A stretch of DNA of 64,000 bases from Candidatus Hydrogenedentota bacterium (GTDB taxonomy: Bacteria; Hydrogenedentota; Hydrogenedentia; Hydrogenedentales; GCA-2746185). The stretch is from contig JAYGCN010000288.1 in NCBI GenBank assembly GCA_046583315.1, positions 1 to 64,000 of the forward strand, in the 5' to 3' direction. The position numbers and the translations under genes were made by a program. Below the pieces are notes generated by a model. It made no database searches. It saw nothing but the letters and a program-made list of their open reading frames with translations, and was not told the DNA's origin. Of the stretch, positions 1 through 10,152 are shown piece after piece (within the stretch, counting starts at the first letter, position 1; each line of letters opens with the position of its first letter).

Positions 1-1
1 G

Positions 2-52
2 ATTCTCGGTGGTATCGCGGGAGCATTTTTGTTTGTTGCGTTGAATGGCTAA
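2..52 (+). CDS. glpF: 3' end of a probable MIP-family glycerol uptake facilitator (partial, runs off the window)
   Basis: Frame 2 reads [16 protein letters not shown], resembling the last TM helix of MIP channels; the stop overlaps the glpK RBS. Confidence 0.6.
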   Translation: MLGGIAGAFLFVALNG

Positions 53-65
53 GGAGGAGCTCTTT

Positions 66-1553
66 ATGCCGAAATACATTCTTGCGTTGGATCAGGGTAC
101 GACGTCGAGCCGCGCCATCGTATTTACCAGGTCTGGCAAAATAAAGTCGGTCGCACAAAAGGAATTCCCGCAGATTTTTCCTTCGCCGGGGCATGTGGAG
201 CATAATCCTGAGGCTATCTGGAAGACGCAATTGGGCACGGCGCGCGCTGCTATTAAGAAGGCCCGTATTACGCCGAAGCAGGTGGTGGGAATCGGGATTA
301 CGAACCAACGTGAGACGGTGGTGCTCTGGGAGAAGGCGACCGGAAAACCGATTCATAACGCGATCGTGTGGCAGAGCCGAATTACAGCAGATATTTGTGA
401 GAAGTTGAAGGCGGATGGACACGAGAAGACGTTTACGAAGAAGACCGGGCTTGTGTTGGATGCCTACTTTTCAGGTACAAAGATAAAATATTTGCTGGAT
501 AAGTATCGGGGATTGCGAAAGCGGGCACGGAAGGGTGAGATTCTCGCCGGCACGATTGATACGTATCTGTTGTGGCGATTGACGGGTGGCAGGGTGCACG
601 CGACGGATTATTCCAATGCGAGTCGCACGCTGATTTTTAATATTCATACCCTGCAATGGGATGAAAAATTGCTGAAGATTCTGGACATCCCGCGCGAGAT
701 GTTGCCGGAAGTAAAAGATTCCAGTGGATTTTTTGGTGAGACCGATCCAAAATTCTTCGGCGCTACGATTCCTATAACCGGTATCGCAGGCGATCAACAG
801 GCGGCGACGTTTGGGCAAGCTTGTTTCAAACCGGGCATGGTGAAGAACACCTACGGCACGGGTTGTTTCACGTTGATGAACACGGGCTCGAAAGCGGTGA
901 CGAGCAAGAATGGATTGCTCACGACGATTGGCTGGGGGATCGATGGGAATATTACCTATTGTCTGGAGGGTTCGGTATTCGTCGGCGGCGCGGCGGTGCA
1001 ATGGTTGCGGGACGGACTCAAGATCATCAAAAAATCTGAGGACATCGAAAAACTTGCGGCGACGGAGAAGGATCACGGTGGCGTATTTTTTGTGCCGGCC
1101 TTTGTTGGCTTGGGAACGCCCCATTGGGACCCTTATGCGCGGGGAATCATTGTCGGACTTGAACGGGGCACGACCGGCGGACACATTGCGCACGCGACGT
1201 TGCAATCGATGGCTTACCAAAGTCGTGATTTGGTCGAGGCGATGGAGCGTGACGCGAAGACGAAATTGAAACGGCTGCGGGTTGATGGCGGCGCTACTGC
1301 TAACAACAAGCTCATGCAGTTTCAGGCGGATATTCTGGGTGTACGTGCGCAACGTCCTATTGTCAAAGAGACTACAGCGCTGGGTGCGGCGTATCTCGCA
1401 GGACTTGCCGTCGGATTTTGGAAAAGCCAATCGGATGTCACCAAGAACTGGGTGCTTGACAGGGAGTTCAAGCCTACGATGAAACGAAGTGAGCGTGACA
1501 GTCTTTACACCCAATGGCAAAACGCCGTAGAACGCGCCAAGGGATGGGCGTAG
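66..1553 (+). CDS. glpK: Glycerol kinase
   Basis: [41 protein letters not shown] and RVDGG motifs; AAGGAGG RBS at 51-57 favours ATG 66. Confidence 0.97.
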   Translation: MPKYILALDQGTTSSRAIVFTRSGKIKSVAQKEFPQIFPSPGHVEHNPEAIWKTQLGTARAAIKKARITPKQVVGIGITNQRETVVLWEKATGKPIHNAIVWQSRITADICEKLKADGHEKTFTKKTGLVLDAYFSGTKIKYLLDKYRGLRKRARKGEILAGTIDTYLLWRLTGGRVHATDYSNASRTLIFNIHTLQWDEKLLKILDIPREMLPEVKDSSGFFGETDPKFFGATIPITGIAGDQQAATFGQACFKPGMVKNTYGTGCFTLMNTGSKAVTSKNGLLTTIGWGIDGNITYCLEGSVFVGGAAVQWLRDGLKIIKKSEDIEKLAATEKDHGGVFFVPAFVGLGTPHWDPYARGIIVGLERGTTGGHIAHATLQSMAYQSRDLVEAMERDAKTKLKRLRVDGGATANNKLMQFQADILGVRAQRPIVKETTALGAAYLAGLAVGFWKSQSDVTKNWVLDREFKPTMKRSERDSLYTQWQNAVERAKGWA

Positions 1554-1555
1554 GC

Positions 1556-2662
1556 TTATTCGCTTGCTGCCGAGATGGCGCTGTCGAGTGTGAGCTTCAA
1601 CAGGGTTGCCATGGGAACCTTATCCGAATTGAAGGTGATCGCGATCCCAATATTCAAATCGGGCAAAAAGATCAGCCCCGTACGAAATCCGTCATCCCCG
1701 CCCATGTGCGAAATCATTCGGTGCCCATCGTGTTCGTCAAGTGACCACGAGAGCCCTCTATTCGGGGCAATTTCGACTGTTGGTTTCCAAAGTTGTTCGT
1801 ACGCTGAGTCACTGAGAATACGGGTTCCGTCCAGCGCGCCGCGATTCAAATTCGCCATCGTCCATCGTCCGAGATCGTGCACGTTTCCGATTACGGTTGA
1901 GCTCGGCGCGTGACGTCGATTATAGGGCCAGTGCTCGCGGACGACAGTGACTCGACGACTTGCTGTGTGGGGAGAAACGCGATCCTTCGAGTCCGTGTCG
2001 CGAATGAGTAGCGTCGTCTTGTTCATTTTCAAGGGCTCAAAGATGTTTTGCGCGACAAAGTCTTCGAACGACAGTCCCGAAACCTTCGCGATCACATCGC
2101 CCATCACTTCAAAACCGATGTTGCTGTATTGGTGACCCGTTTCCGGCGGGTACAAAAGCTTTCGATCACCGACCGATCGCACCCACCGCTCCAGCGCTTC
2201 GTCATCGTATTGCGGCTTGTCCCATTAGTAATTGTCGACATCGGGCATGCCTGCGGTGTGGGTAAGCAGGAGGCGGGGCGTAATCTTGGTGTATTCCGGA
2301 TCGTCCATACGAAAATAGGGGAGATAATCCGTTAGGGGTGCATCCAGATCGAGTTTGCCTTGTTCGACAAGCTGCATCGCTGCCGTCGCAACAAAGGGTT
2401 TCGTCACCGAAGCCCAATGAAAGAGGTCGGTAGAGGCCAATGGCTCCTGCGAGTCCACATCTCTCACGCCAAAGCCATTCGCGTACACTTCCTCCCCGTT
2501 ATGCACGATGGCAATCGCGATACCAGGCGTACGCGAGCGTTCCATGGTTTTTTCCACGCTTGCTTCGAAGGGTTTCGAGAATGATTCGTCGAATTGGGCG
2601 TAAGAAAGCGAATGGACGAGGAACAATGCGCTCGCGAGTATGGTCAGCGTGTATTTTTTCAT
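1556..2662 (-). pseudogene. Secreted serine hydrolase (beta-lactamase/class C family) interrupted by one in-frame TAA
   Basis: Signal peptide MKKYTLTILASALF, SxxK (ASVTK), LLTHTAG, YSN and HMG motifs. The two ORFs share a frame and read GMPDVDNY*WDKPQYDDEALERWVRS, with TAA at 2225-2227. Confidence 0.85.
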
Positions 2663-2836
2663 TTGGATTGGCTCTCCGGTTGGGACCGATGTCGTCAATT
2701 GCAGACGCGCATCCCGTCATTCTATTCAATTCGGACAGGATAAACACAGTTCGGGTTTCGTGGGCTTGCGGGCGTTCGCGGTGATGACGTATGATTCCTC
2801 TGTACGTTGGTGGGTCAATCATGGAGAACGCAGTCA

Positions 2837-5182
2837 ATGAAATTGCATCGCTGGTCGTGGGGGAAACGCCCGTTCGGATTTAGTCTCATCTGTTTAGCGA
2901 TGATATTCGCGATGCCAGCGTGGTCGCAGCCGGGGAATTGGGGTGAACCGCAGACGCCACAGGCGGAGGGCGTGGTGGTTTCGGCGGGTGCTTCACCGGA
3001 GGAAATGACCCCGATTCAGCAGGCGAAAAAGATGGTTGATCTTAGTTCGCCTCGAAATACGGTGACCAGTTTTCTGAAGGTTATGGGTGCGGCTAAGGAG
3101 GGACGAGCGGAATTTCAGACGGCTGCCCTACAATGTATCCGTATTCTTGAACTCCCCGAAGATGAACGCATTTCCCTGGGTTCCAAGTTGGCGCAGGAAA
3201 TATATGAAGCCCTGACCTCCATTACAGTGAATATGGATGTATTGGACGATGCGCCCGAGAACCCGACCACGGATAGGGATCGTGTTTACGAGCGCGAAGT
3301 GGGCGAAACTACGAAAGTCGCGCTCAGCTTTAAGTTCAACGACGACGGTGTCTGGCGTTTCAGTTATACCGTGATGGCCAATCAGGAAGATGCACTGGAA
3401 CAGGTTGTCGAAGTTGCGGAAGCGGCTGCGGAAGAAGTCGTGGTTGATTCGCGTGTCAATGAACGCCTTGCGAATCCACGCGAGACCATGCAGACCTTTC
3501 TGAATGCGTTCAAGGAGGGGCTCTGGGATGACGGTGGACGCGATCAGGCGATTCTCACGCTGGACTTGTCCGATGTCCCAAACAATCTTCATATCGAACG
3601 GGGCGAGGAACTGGCCGCTCTTCTAAAGAAAATTCTGGATCGCCACGAAGTTATTGTGGTGGAAGCGATTTCCAACGCGCCTGATGGCCTCGTCCATGTG
3701 GTTCTGGTGGATCCTACAGACGACTTCGAACAGCGCAAAATAGAAATCGTGCCCGTGCCCATCGAAGAAGGCAGCGAAGTTGTGGAGTGGAGGTTCAGCA
3801 AAGGCTCCCTCGAATTGCTGGCCGATATGTGGGCCAACTATTACGTGGACCAGGAGGTCGTCGCCGGGTTTCAATCCGAGGCGCCCGAAGTTCTGTCCCT
3901 GCAGCTAAGTGATTGGGTGGCTAAGAACGCCCCGTATTTGATGGGCAAATTCATATCCATCGAATACTATAAATGGATAGGTCTGTTGCTCAGTATCATT
4001 CTTGGCATGGTCGTCAGCCGGATCATTGCGGCAATCCTGTTGCTGATCGTACGCAGGGTATTTAGCAGAGAGCACTTTCAGCTTGACAAAAAACTAGAAG
4101 TTGGATTTGTTTTTCCGGTGCGCATCGGTATCATGTGCTGGGTCTGGTGGCTGGCGCTAAAACCGCTGAGTCTACCGCCCGACGCGCTCACGTGGCTGAA
4201 AACCGCTATCGTTACTGTCTCATCGTCCGCCTTTGTCTGGGCGGTCTATCGTCTCGTTGACATTTTTGGTTCGTACATAACTGACAAGTCCCTCCGTAGC
4301 GATAATAAATATGATGACATGGTCGTGCCGCTCATTGTGCGCTCGCTGAAAGTGTTCGTGATTTGTGCCGGGTTTATTTTCGTAGCCGAGATGAACGAGT
4401 GGGATTACTTGCCGGCACTTGCTGGTTTCGGCCTGCTGGGTATGGCGCTGGCGCTGGCGGCTCAGGATACTCTGGGTAATGTTTTCGGATCGCTGACGGT
4501 GCTGATGGACAGGCCTTTCCAAATTGGTGACTGGGTGCAAATTGACGACGTAGACGGGAACGTGGAGTCGGTTGGTATTCGCAGTACGCGCATTCGTACG
4601 TTTTATAACTCTGTTGTGACCGTTCCAAACTCGGCTCTTACGACAGCCGTGATTGACAACTATGGGCAGCGCCGCTATCGTCGCATCAAGATGGATATCA
4701 ACATCACCTACGATACGCCACCTGAAAAAATTGATGCGTTTTGTGAGGGGATTCGTGAACTGATTCGTCAACACCCTTACACGCGCACGGATTATTTTCA
4801 TGTGTATCTGAACGATTTTGGCCCGTCGTCGCTGGACATTCTTCTGTATTGTTTCCTGGAATGCCCGGAATGGTCTACTGAGTTGCGCGAACGTCATCGT
4901 CTTCTTCTGGATATTATCCGTCTTGCGAAGAATCTTGGTGTTGAGTTCGCCTTCCCGACCAGCACTTTGTATATGCAGCAGGCCGCGACGGTTGATGGTG
5001 ATCCGGGTGGAAACATCACACATGAGTCCGCATTGGAAGACGGGCGCAAACACGCGCGCGGTATTGTGGAGAAATACCTTGGTAAGAACGCGCCGACCCC
5101 ACCGCCTGTCTCGTTTCGTATTGCTTCGATGAATGAGGGGGAAGCCGAGGATGATGGAGACGACGGGGGCGACGGAGATTAG
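2837..5182 (+). CDS. MscS-family mechanosensitive channel with a large periplasmic N-terminal region
   Basis: ALAAQDTLGNVFGSL, DRPFQIGDWV, GIRSTRIRT, VPNS and FAFPT motifs; TM helices; N-terminal signal-like segment. Confidence 0.93.
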   Translation: MKLHRWSWGKRPFGFSLICLAMIFAMPAWSQPGNWGEPQTPQAEGVVVSAGASPEEMTPIQQAKKMVDLSSPRNTVTSFLKVMGAAKEGRAEFQTAALQCIRILELPEDERISLGSKLAQEIYEALTSITVNMDVLDDAPENPTTDRDRVYEREVGETTKVALSFKFNDDGVWRFSYTVMANQEDALEQVVEVAEAAAEEVVVDSRVNERLANPRETMQTFLNAFKEGLWDDGGRDQAILTLDLSDVPNNLHIERGEELAALLKKILDRHEVIVVEAISNAPDGLVHVVLVDPTDDFEQRKIEIVPVPIEEGSEVVEWRFSKGSLELLADMWANYYVDQEVVAGFQSEAPEVLSLQLSDWVAKNAPYLMGKFISIEYYKWIGLLLSIILGMVVSRIIAAILLLIVRRVFSREHFQLDKKLEVGFVFPVRIGIMCWVWWLALKPLSLPPDALTWLKTAIVTVSSSAFVWAVYRLVDIFGSYITDKSLRSDNKYDDMVVPLIVRSLKVFVICAGFIFVAEMNEWDYLPALAGFGLLGMALALAAQDTLGNVFGSLTVLMDRPFQIGDWVQIDDVDGNVESVGIRSTRIRTFYNSVVTVPNSALTTAVIDNYGQRRYRRIKMDINITYDTPPEKIDAFCEGIRELIRQHPYTRTDYFHVYLNDFGPSSLDILLYCFLECPEWSTELRERHRLLLDIIRLAKNLGVEFAFPTSTLYMQQAATVDGDPGGNITHESALEDGRKHARGIVEKYLGKNAPTPPPVSFRIASMNEGEAEDDGDDGGDGD

Positions 5183-5272
5183 TTTGGTCTCCCGCTAGGG
5201 GCGCTTCCAATTACGATCCTTGTTATGGCACTCTAGGGAACGTGTTTGGTGCGTGTGCGCACGGGAGTTACT

Positions 5273-7705
5273 ATGTCGTCCTCAAAGACCTCAACCGGGT
5301 CAAAGAAGAAAAGGGCCCCACGATTTACGGCGACGTGCAAGTGCGGACACAAGATGAAGGTGAAAACCAAGCATTTCGGGCGGATGTGTCGGTGTACAAA
5401 ATGTAACTTCCCCATCTACGTTACCTTCGAGAATGTCAGTCCACCGGTCGATCCCAAAGACGATCTGATTCCCAAGTTTTACAGTGAAGACAACGTGCCG
5501 ATTCGCTGGAAAGTGGGGGACTTAATCACCGAGTTGTATCAGGTAAAGGAAATCCTGGGTGAAGGGGGCATGGGCACCGTTTATCGGCTGGAACACCGCG
5601 GCTGGGGGAAAATGATGGCGGTGAAATGCCCGAGCGGTTCTCTTAATCGCGATCCGATTTGGGCGGAACAGTATGAGCATGAATGCGAGACCTGGATTAA
5701 TTTGTCGCCCCATCCCAATGTGGTGGAGTGTTACTACATGCGGCGCATGGGCGGTCTGCCTCGTTTGTTTGCAGAATACGTGGATGGTCCGGATTTGGAT
5801 CATCTGATTAGCCAAAAGACGATCTACCATGGCGCGCGCGCAGAAGTGAAGGCGCGCATGATGGACATCGCGATTCAGTATTGCTGGGGATTGCACCATG
5901 CGCATCAGGAAGGTCTTGTGCATCAGGATGTGAAACCTTCCAATCTGCTGGTGGGTTCCGACGGGATCGCAAAAGTAACTGACTTCGGTCTTGCGATGGT
6001 GCACGTGGGGGAAGATGGATCACGTGGTTCTACGCCTGACAGCGGCCTGGACGGTGGCACGTTACGGGGTTCGACTGGAGGCACGCCGACGTATCGCTCG
6101 AACGATCATCGTGTGTATGAAAACGTGACACTTCAAACCGACATCTGGAGCTGGGGTGTGACGATGATCGAGATGTTCTCAGGTGATGTCTATTGGACAG
6201 ATGGGACCAAGGCGAACAGTGTGCTCGATAATTTGCTCAAGCACGGATCGCGCTACGACATCATCCCGATTATGCCGCCGGCCTTTGAGTCGCTGCTTCG
6301 GCGCTGTTTTCAGGAAGACCGAGAGTTGCGTCCGCCTGACATGTTGAGCATTGCGAACGAGATAAAAGATATTTTTCAGCAACAGCTCGGGAGGCCCTAC
6401 GATCGCCCGGAACCGGTTTCGGAGTACACGCCCGTCGATATTTTGAACAATCAGGCTGTATCGTTGCTTGATCTCGGTCAGGCCGTTGAAGCCGAGGCGT
6501 TGTTGCAGGAAGTTCTTGCACAGGAGGCTGGCCATATCGAGGCGAACTACAATCGAGGGTTATTGCTGTGGCGACGTGGACTCATCACCGATACGCAGAT
6601 GCTCAAATTGATGGAACAACTATGCGAGTCGTATCCAAAAGAGTGGTTGCCGCGCTATTTACTGGCGCAGGTGTGTATGGAGCGGGGGGATTGCATCGAC
6701 GCGCAGAAAATCCTGGAGCCGATTGCGCGCGACGACGAATATCATCGTGACGTCGCGTTTTGTCAGGCGATGGCGTACCATTTTGAGAATCACGACAAGC
6801 AGCCGGTGTGGCATTACACCTCAAAGGATCTGCAGGTGGCTGCCGTCGCCATTTCAACGGACAGTCGCCGTGTCTTGGCAGGAGGACTCGATGGGATTTT
6901 TCTGAGTCTGGACGTGGTTACGCGCGACGTGCTGACGGATTTTCGGGGGCACACCGACCGGGTTCACAGTATTCAGTTCAGTATCAGCGACGGTCTCGTG
7001 GTGTCTGCGAGTGCTGACGAGACTGTGCGTCTGTGGAATGCGGGCGATGGTCGGTTGATTCATACCTTGTCGGGGCATCAGGGAGCCGTTCGGCAAGCGG
7101 TGATTAGCCACGACGAGAAGAGAGTGCTTTCTGGCAGCGAAGATGGGACGGCGCGCTACTGGGATGCTACCTCGGGCGAACTGCTGCATACGCTAACCGC
7201 TCATCATGCTTCCGTGTGGAGTGTCGCGTTGAGTCATTGTGGACGTTACGCCTTCACCGGAAGTTCGGACGGAACGGTTATCCAGTGGGATGTCGCTTCT
7301 GGTAAGGGGATGTGTCAATTCACCTCCAAGCGTGACAAGATATGGGCGGTCGCGGTCAACACGAACTCAACGCAACTCATCGTTTCGTGTGGCAGTGCCA
7401 TCGAAATCTGGGACGTGGCAACCGCACGCTTGAAACGCACCATCGAAGGTCATCAACACGATGCCTTTGGGCTTAGCGTGAGCCAGAGCGGAATACATGC
7501 ACTCTCGGCGACACAGATGGGAACCATGAAAGTATGGGACATTGAGACGGGCCAGTGCATCCGGAGTCTGAAGGCCAATGCGCCGATTCAACTGACGCCG
7601 GACGGAACGCATGCCATTTCCGGAGGGGCGCATGGCGATTTCACCGTTTGGGCGTTGCACATGGACGAGCGGATATTTACGGCCAATCCCATGATTTGTC
7701 ATTGA
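5273..7705 (+). CDS. Ser/Thr protein kinase with N-terminal Cys cluster (Zn ribbon), TPR region and WD40 repeats
   Basis: CKCG...CRCTKC; GEGGMGTVY, AVK, HQDVKPSN, DFG, DIWSWG; TPR-like helices; repeated GH...WD units. Confidence 0.92.
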   Translation: MSSSKTSTGSKKKRAPRFTATCKCGHKMKVKTKHFGRMCRCTKCNFPIYVTFENVSPPVDPKDDLIPKFYSEDNVPIRWKVGDLITELYQVKEILGEGGMGTVYRLEHRGWGKMMAVKCPSGSLNRDPIWAEQYEHECETWINLSPHPNVVECYYMRRMGGLPRLFAEYVDGPDLDHLISQKTIYHGARAEVKARMMDIAIQYCWGLHHAHQEGLVHQDVKPSNLLVGSDGIAKVTDFGLAMVHVGEDGSRGSTPDSGLDGGTLRGSTGGTPTYRSNDHRVYENVTLQTDIWSWGVTMIEMFSGDVYWTDGTKANSVLDNLLKHGSRYDIIPIMPPAFESLLRRCFQEDRELRPPDMLSIANEIKDIFQQQLGRPYDRPEPVSEYTPVDILNNQAVSLLDLGQAVEAEALLQEVLAQEAGHIEANYNRGLLLWRRGLITDTQMLKLMEQLCESYPKEWLPRYLLAQVCMERGDCIDAQKILEPIARDDEYHRDVAFCQAMAYHFENHDKQPVWHYTSKDLQVAAVAISTDSRRVLAGGLDGIFLSLDVVTRDVLTDFRGHTDRVHSIQFSISDGLVVSASADETVRLWNAGDGRLIHTLSGHQGAVRQAVISHDEKRVLSGSEDGTARYWDATSGELLHTLTAHHASVWSVALSHCGRYAFTGSSDGTVIQWDVASGKGMCQFTSKRDKIWAVAVNTNSTQLIVSCGSAIEIWDVATARLKRTIEGHQHDAFGLSVSQSGIHALSATQMGTMKVWDIETGQCIRSLKANAPIQLTPDGTHAISGGAHGDFTVWALHMDERIFTANPMICH

Positions 7706-7746
7706 AAACAGGGCCTTTAATTTCGAATTGCATGAGTTAGTCATGA

Positions 7747-7775
7747 TTGACATGATATAGGTTATCTGATACCCT
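7747..7775 (+). promoter_or_regulatory. Sigma70-type promoter for kinases 2 and 3
   Basis: TTGACA (7747-7752), 17 bp spacer, TACCCT (7770-7775) with extended TG at 7767-7768. Confidence 0.6.
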
Positions 7776-7795
7776 TTATCCACAATATATTGTGC
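7748..7795. promoter_or_regulatory. Tandem NrdR-box-like operators
   Basis: CCACAATATATTGTGC (7780-7795, perfect 14 bp palindromic core) and TGACATGATATAGGTT (7748-7763), starts 32 bp apart; both resemble the acaCwAtATaTwGtgt consensus. Confidence 0.65.
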
Positions 7796-7809
7796 AATAA
7801 GAGGATGGA

Positions 7810-10107
7810 ATGCCGTACATGGTAGCGCAATCCACCGGACAAGGATCCTTGATTGGGGCCACAATCGGAGGATACAAAGTTGAGGCCTTGATAGGTAGAG
7901 GGGCCATGGGCGCGGTATATCTTGCCCGCGATGTGAAGCTCAATCGATTGGTGGCTCTCAAAGTGTTGTTGGGAAGCCTGGCCAAAACGCCCTCCCAAGT
8001 CAAGGAATTCTTACAGGAAGCCCAGACGGCGGCGCCGATTCATCATCCTGGAATCGTGCGAATCTATACGGCGGGTGTGGAAGATGGCACCCCCTATATC
8101 GCCATGGAATTCGTGGATGGCGAGCCGCTTGATCGATTTTTGAAACGCAAAGGCACGGTTAAATGGGACGTGGCCCTTCACATCACACGCAAACTCGCGG
8201 GTGCCTTGCATTCCGCGCACAAGATGGGCGTGATTCATCGCGATATCAAACCGTCTAACATCATGCTCGATCAGAAGGGTGGTGTACGTCTGATGGATTT
8301 CGGTATCGCGCGGATGCAGTCCGCCGATACGAAACAGACAAAGGGCCAGGGCTTTCTCGGCACGCCGCAATACATGTCTCCCGAGCAGGCGTTGGGTGAA
8401 GAAGTCACCACCTCGAGCGACCTCTATTCGCTTGGCGTCACGATGTACGAAATGATCGGCGGCCAACTCCCCTTTACGGGCGAGTCTCCGATGGCCCTGA
8501 TCAACAGCATCTGCAATGACTCGGCAACGCGCTTGAATGTGTTGAATGCCGAAGTCCCGGACGATGTCGCGCGCTTCGTTGCGTACTTGATGGGCAAGAC
8601 TCCCAAGGAGCGTCCGGCGAATGCGAAAGTGGCTTATGCCATGGCCGAACGTCTTCAGAAACAGAAAGGCGAATTGTCGTCTGTTTCCGATAGCCTCACG
8701 GGGTTTATTCAGGACGCGATGGAGGTCCGGCCGTTTCAATCGGCGCATCAATCGAGTGCGAAGCCGGTACCCAAGGAAAATATCAACGAGGCTCGTCAGC
8801 GCCGTGAACGCAACCGTCAATTGTTTGAACGCGTCGCACGTGTCGCGATAGTCCTTTTTTTGGGAATCATCGCCTTTGGTCTCGGGGCGAAGATCCCGAC
8901 TACGGAAGCGATCGATCTTAACCGATCGATTCCCGAGCACGAATCGTTCAATATTCGTGCGATCGACGACGGCGTCCGCGCCATTCAGTTGTCCAGTTCG
9001 TCTCATGAATTTGCGAACCTGCATTGGATTGGCGCAGGGCCTACGGTGTGGATGACGACGCGCGGGAAGTCAGGGTCTGATGTTCAGGATGCCATCGGGG
9101 CTCTCGGATTTGATGTCGAGCTGCGAAGAGGCTTCACGCTGGCTGTTCCACAGGGAAGCTCGATCACGGCAGATGCCGACCCGATCTACATAAATGGAAT
9201 CGAGCAGGCTCGCGTTGTTTCGATTGACGATGATAACCCTTTCGCCCATCAATTTCTTATCTCAGGAACTGACGCAAAGACCGGTGAGATCATTATCGTG
9301 TCGCGTCGCTGGAATAGGGCGACGCCTGATCCTGTTGTGTTGCTGCGGCTGGAAAGAAACGAATGGATTTGGGACTCCGAGAGCGACCCGTTACGCAAGC
9401 GTTATGGACAGGCAATTGTTCACCCGGATGGCACGGCCATCGCCTATCTTTTATATAATTCTGAATCGGGATACAGCTATATCGTGGAGCAGACGCTGAA
9501 TGAGATGGGTGAATGGGAAATGGGCCCGGATAGGACCAGTGCGGGGGTGAACATTCAAGCCCAAAGTCTGCAGTACTCGCCGGATGGTTCGATGTTGATG
9601 TACTTGCGGGGCAATATGGCATCCGGAGCGGAGCTTTGGAAGATGGATTCGAAAGGCTCCGAGGTGAATGGGGATAGAATCCGGGGCGGGATTCAAGGAG
9701 ACGAGTATGCCATCAGTTTTGACGGGGCTACAGTCGCTGTGATGGTGCGTCCGGAAGGTGACAATCAGAAACAGGCTGACATCGCGCTGGTACAGACGCA
9801 GAGCGGGCGAGAGATCGGTCGATTGGGGCCGGGCCGCTTAAGTAGAGATGCCTTTCATCCGAATTCCCAATACATTGTGATCAACCAGAAACCGGGAGAT
9901 GCTGAGCGCTCAGATCCCTATCAGCTTGTGGCTGTGGATCTTCGGGACTTGTCGCGCTCGCTGACGTTGACGCAGGTGTCCAAGGGAATGAGCGATGCGT
10001 ATGCTTTTTCCGCTGACGGACGATATCTGGCGTCGCTTGCCCACAACCCGTCCACGCCTTCGATGCTGTTGTTGGAGTGGAAAGAAGTGATCACGTCGGG
10101 ACCGTGA
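7810..10107 (+). CDS. Membrane Ser/Thr kinase with C-terminal TolB-like beta-propeller
   Basis: GRGAMGAVY, VALK, HRDIKPSN, DFG, GTPQYMSPEQ; one TM (VAIVLFLGIIAFGLG); HPDG/YSPDG/FSADG repeats. Confidence 0.93.
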   Translation: MPYMVAQSTGQGSLIGATIGGYKVEALIGRGAMGAVYLARDVKLNRLVALKVLLGSLAKTPSQVKEFLQEAQTAAPIHHPGIVRIYTAGVEDGTPYIAMEFVDGEPLDRFLKRKGTVKWDVALHITRKLAGALHSAHKMGVIHRDIKPSNIMLDQKGGVRLMDFGIARMQSADTKQTKGQGFLGTPQYMSPEQALGEEVTTSSDLYSLGVTMYEMIGGQLPFTGESPMALINSICNDSATRLNVLNAEVPDDVARFVAYLMGKTPKERPANAKVAYAMAERLQKQKGELSSVSDSLTGFIQDAMEVRPFQSAHQSSAKPVPKENINEARQRRERNRQLFERVARVAIVLFLGIIAFGLGAKIPTTEAIDLNRSIPEHESFNIRAIDDGVRAIQLSSSSHEFANLHWIGAGPTVWMTTRGKSGSDVQDAIGALGFDVELRRGFTLAVPQGSSITADADPIYINGIEQARVVSIDDDNPFAHQFLISGTDAKTGEIIIVSRRWNRATPDPVVLLRLERNEWIWDSESDPLRKRYGQAIVHPDGTAIAYLLYNSESGYSYIVEQTLNEMGEWEMGPDRTSAGVNIQAQSLQYSPDGSMLMYLRGNMASGAELWKMDSKGSEVNGDRIRGGIQGDEYAISFDGATVAVMVRPEGDNQKQADIALVQTQSGREIGRLGPGRLSRDAFHPNSQYIVINQKPGDAERSDPYQLVAVDLRDLSRSLTLTQVSKGMSDAYAFSADGRYLASLAHNPSTPSMLLLEWKEVITSGP

Positions 10108-10152
10108 GCGGCGAGCTGAACAAAGATAGGTTGAACCGAATGAAGGGGGTGG

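Noticed and set aside
471..1520. Long antisense ORFs (also 8011-9024, 36276-37598, 40155-41093, 45369-46376)
   Set aside because: They are shadows of well-supported genes on the opposite strand, expected at this GC content, with no protein motifs
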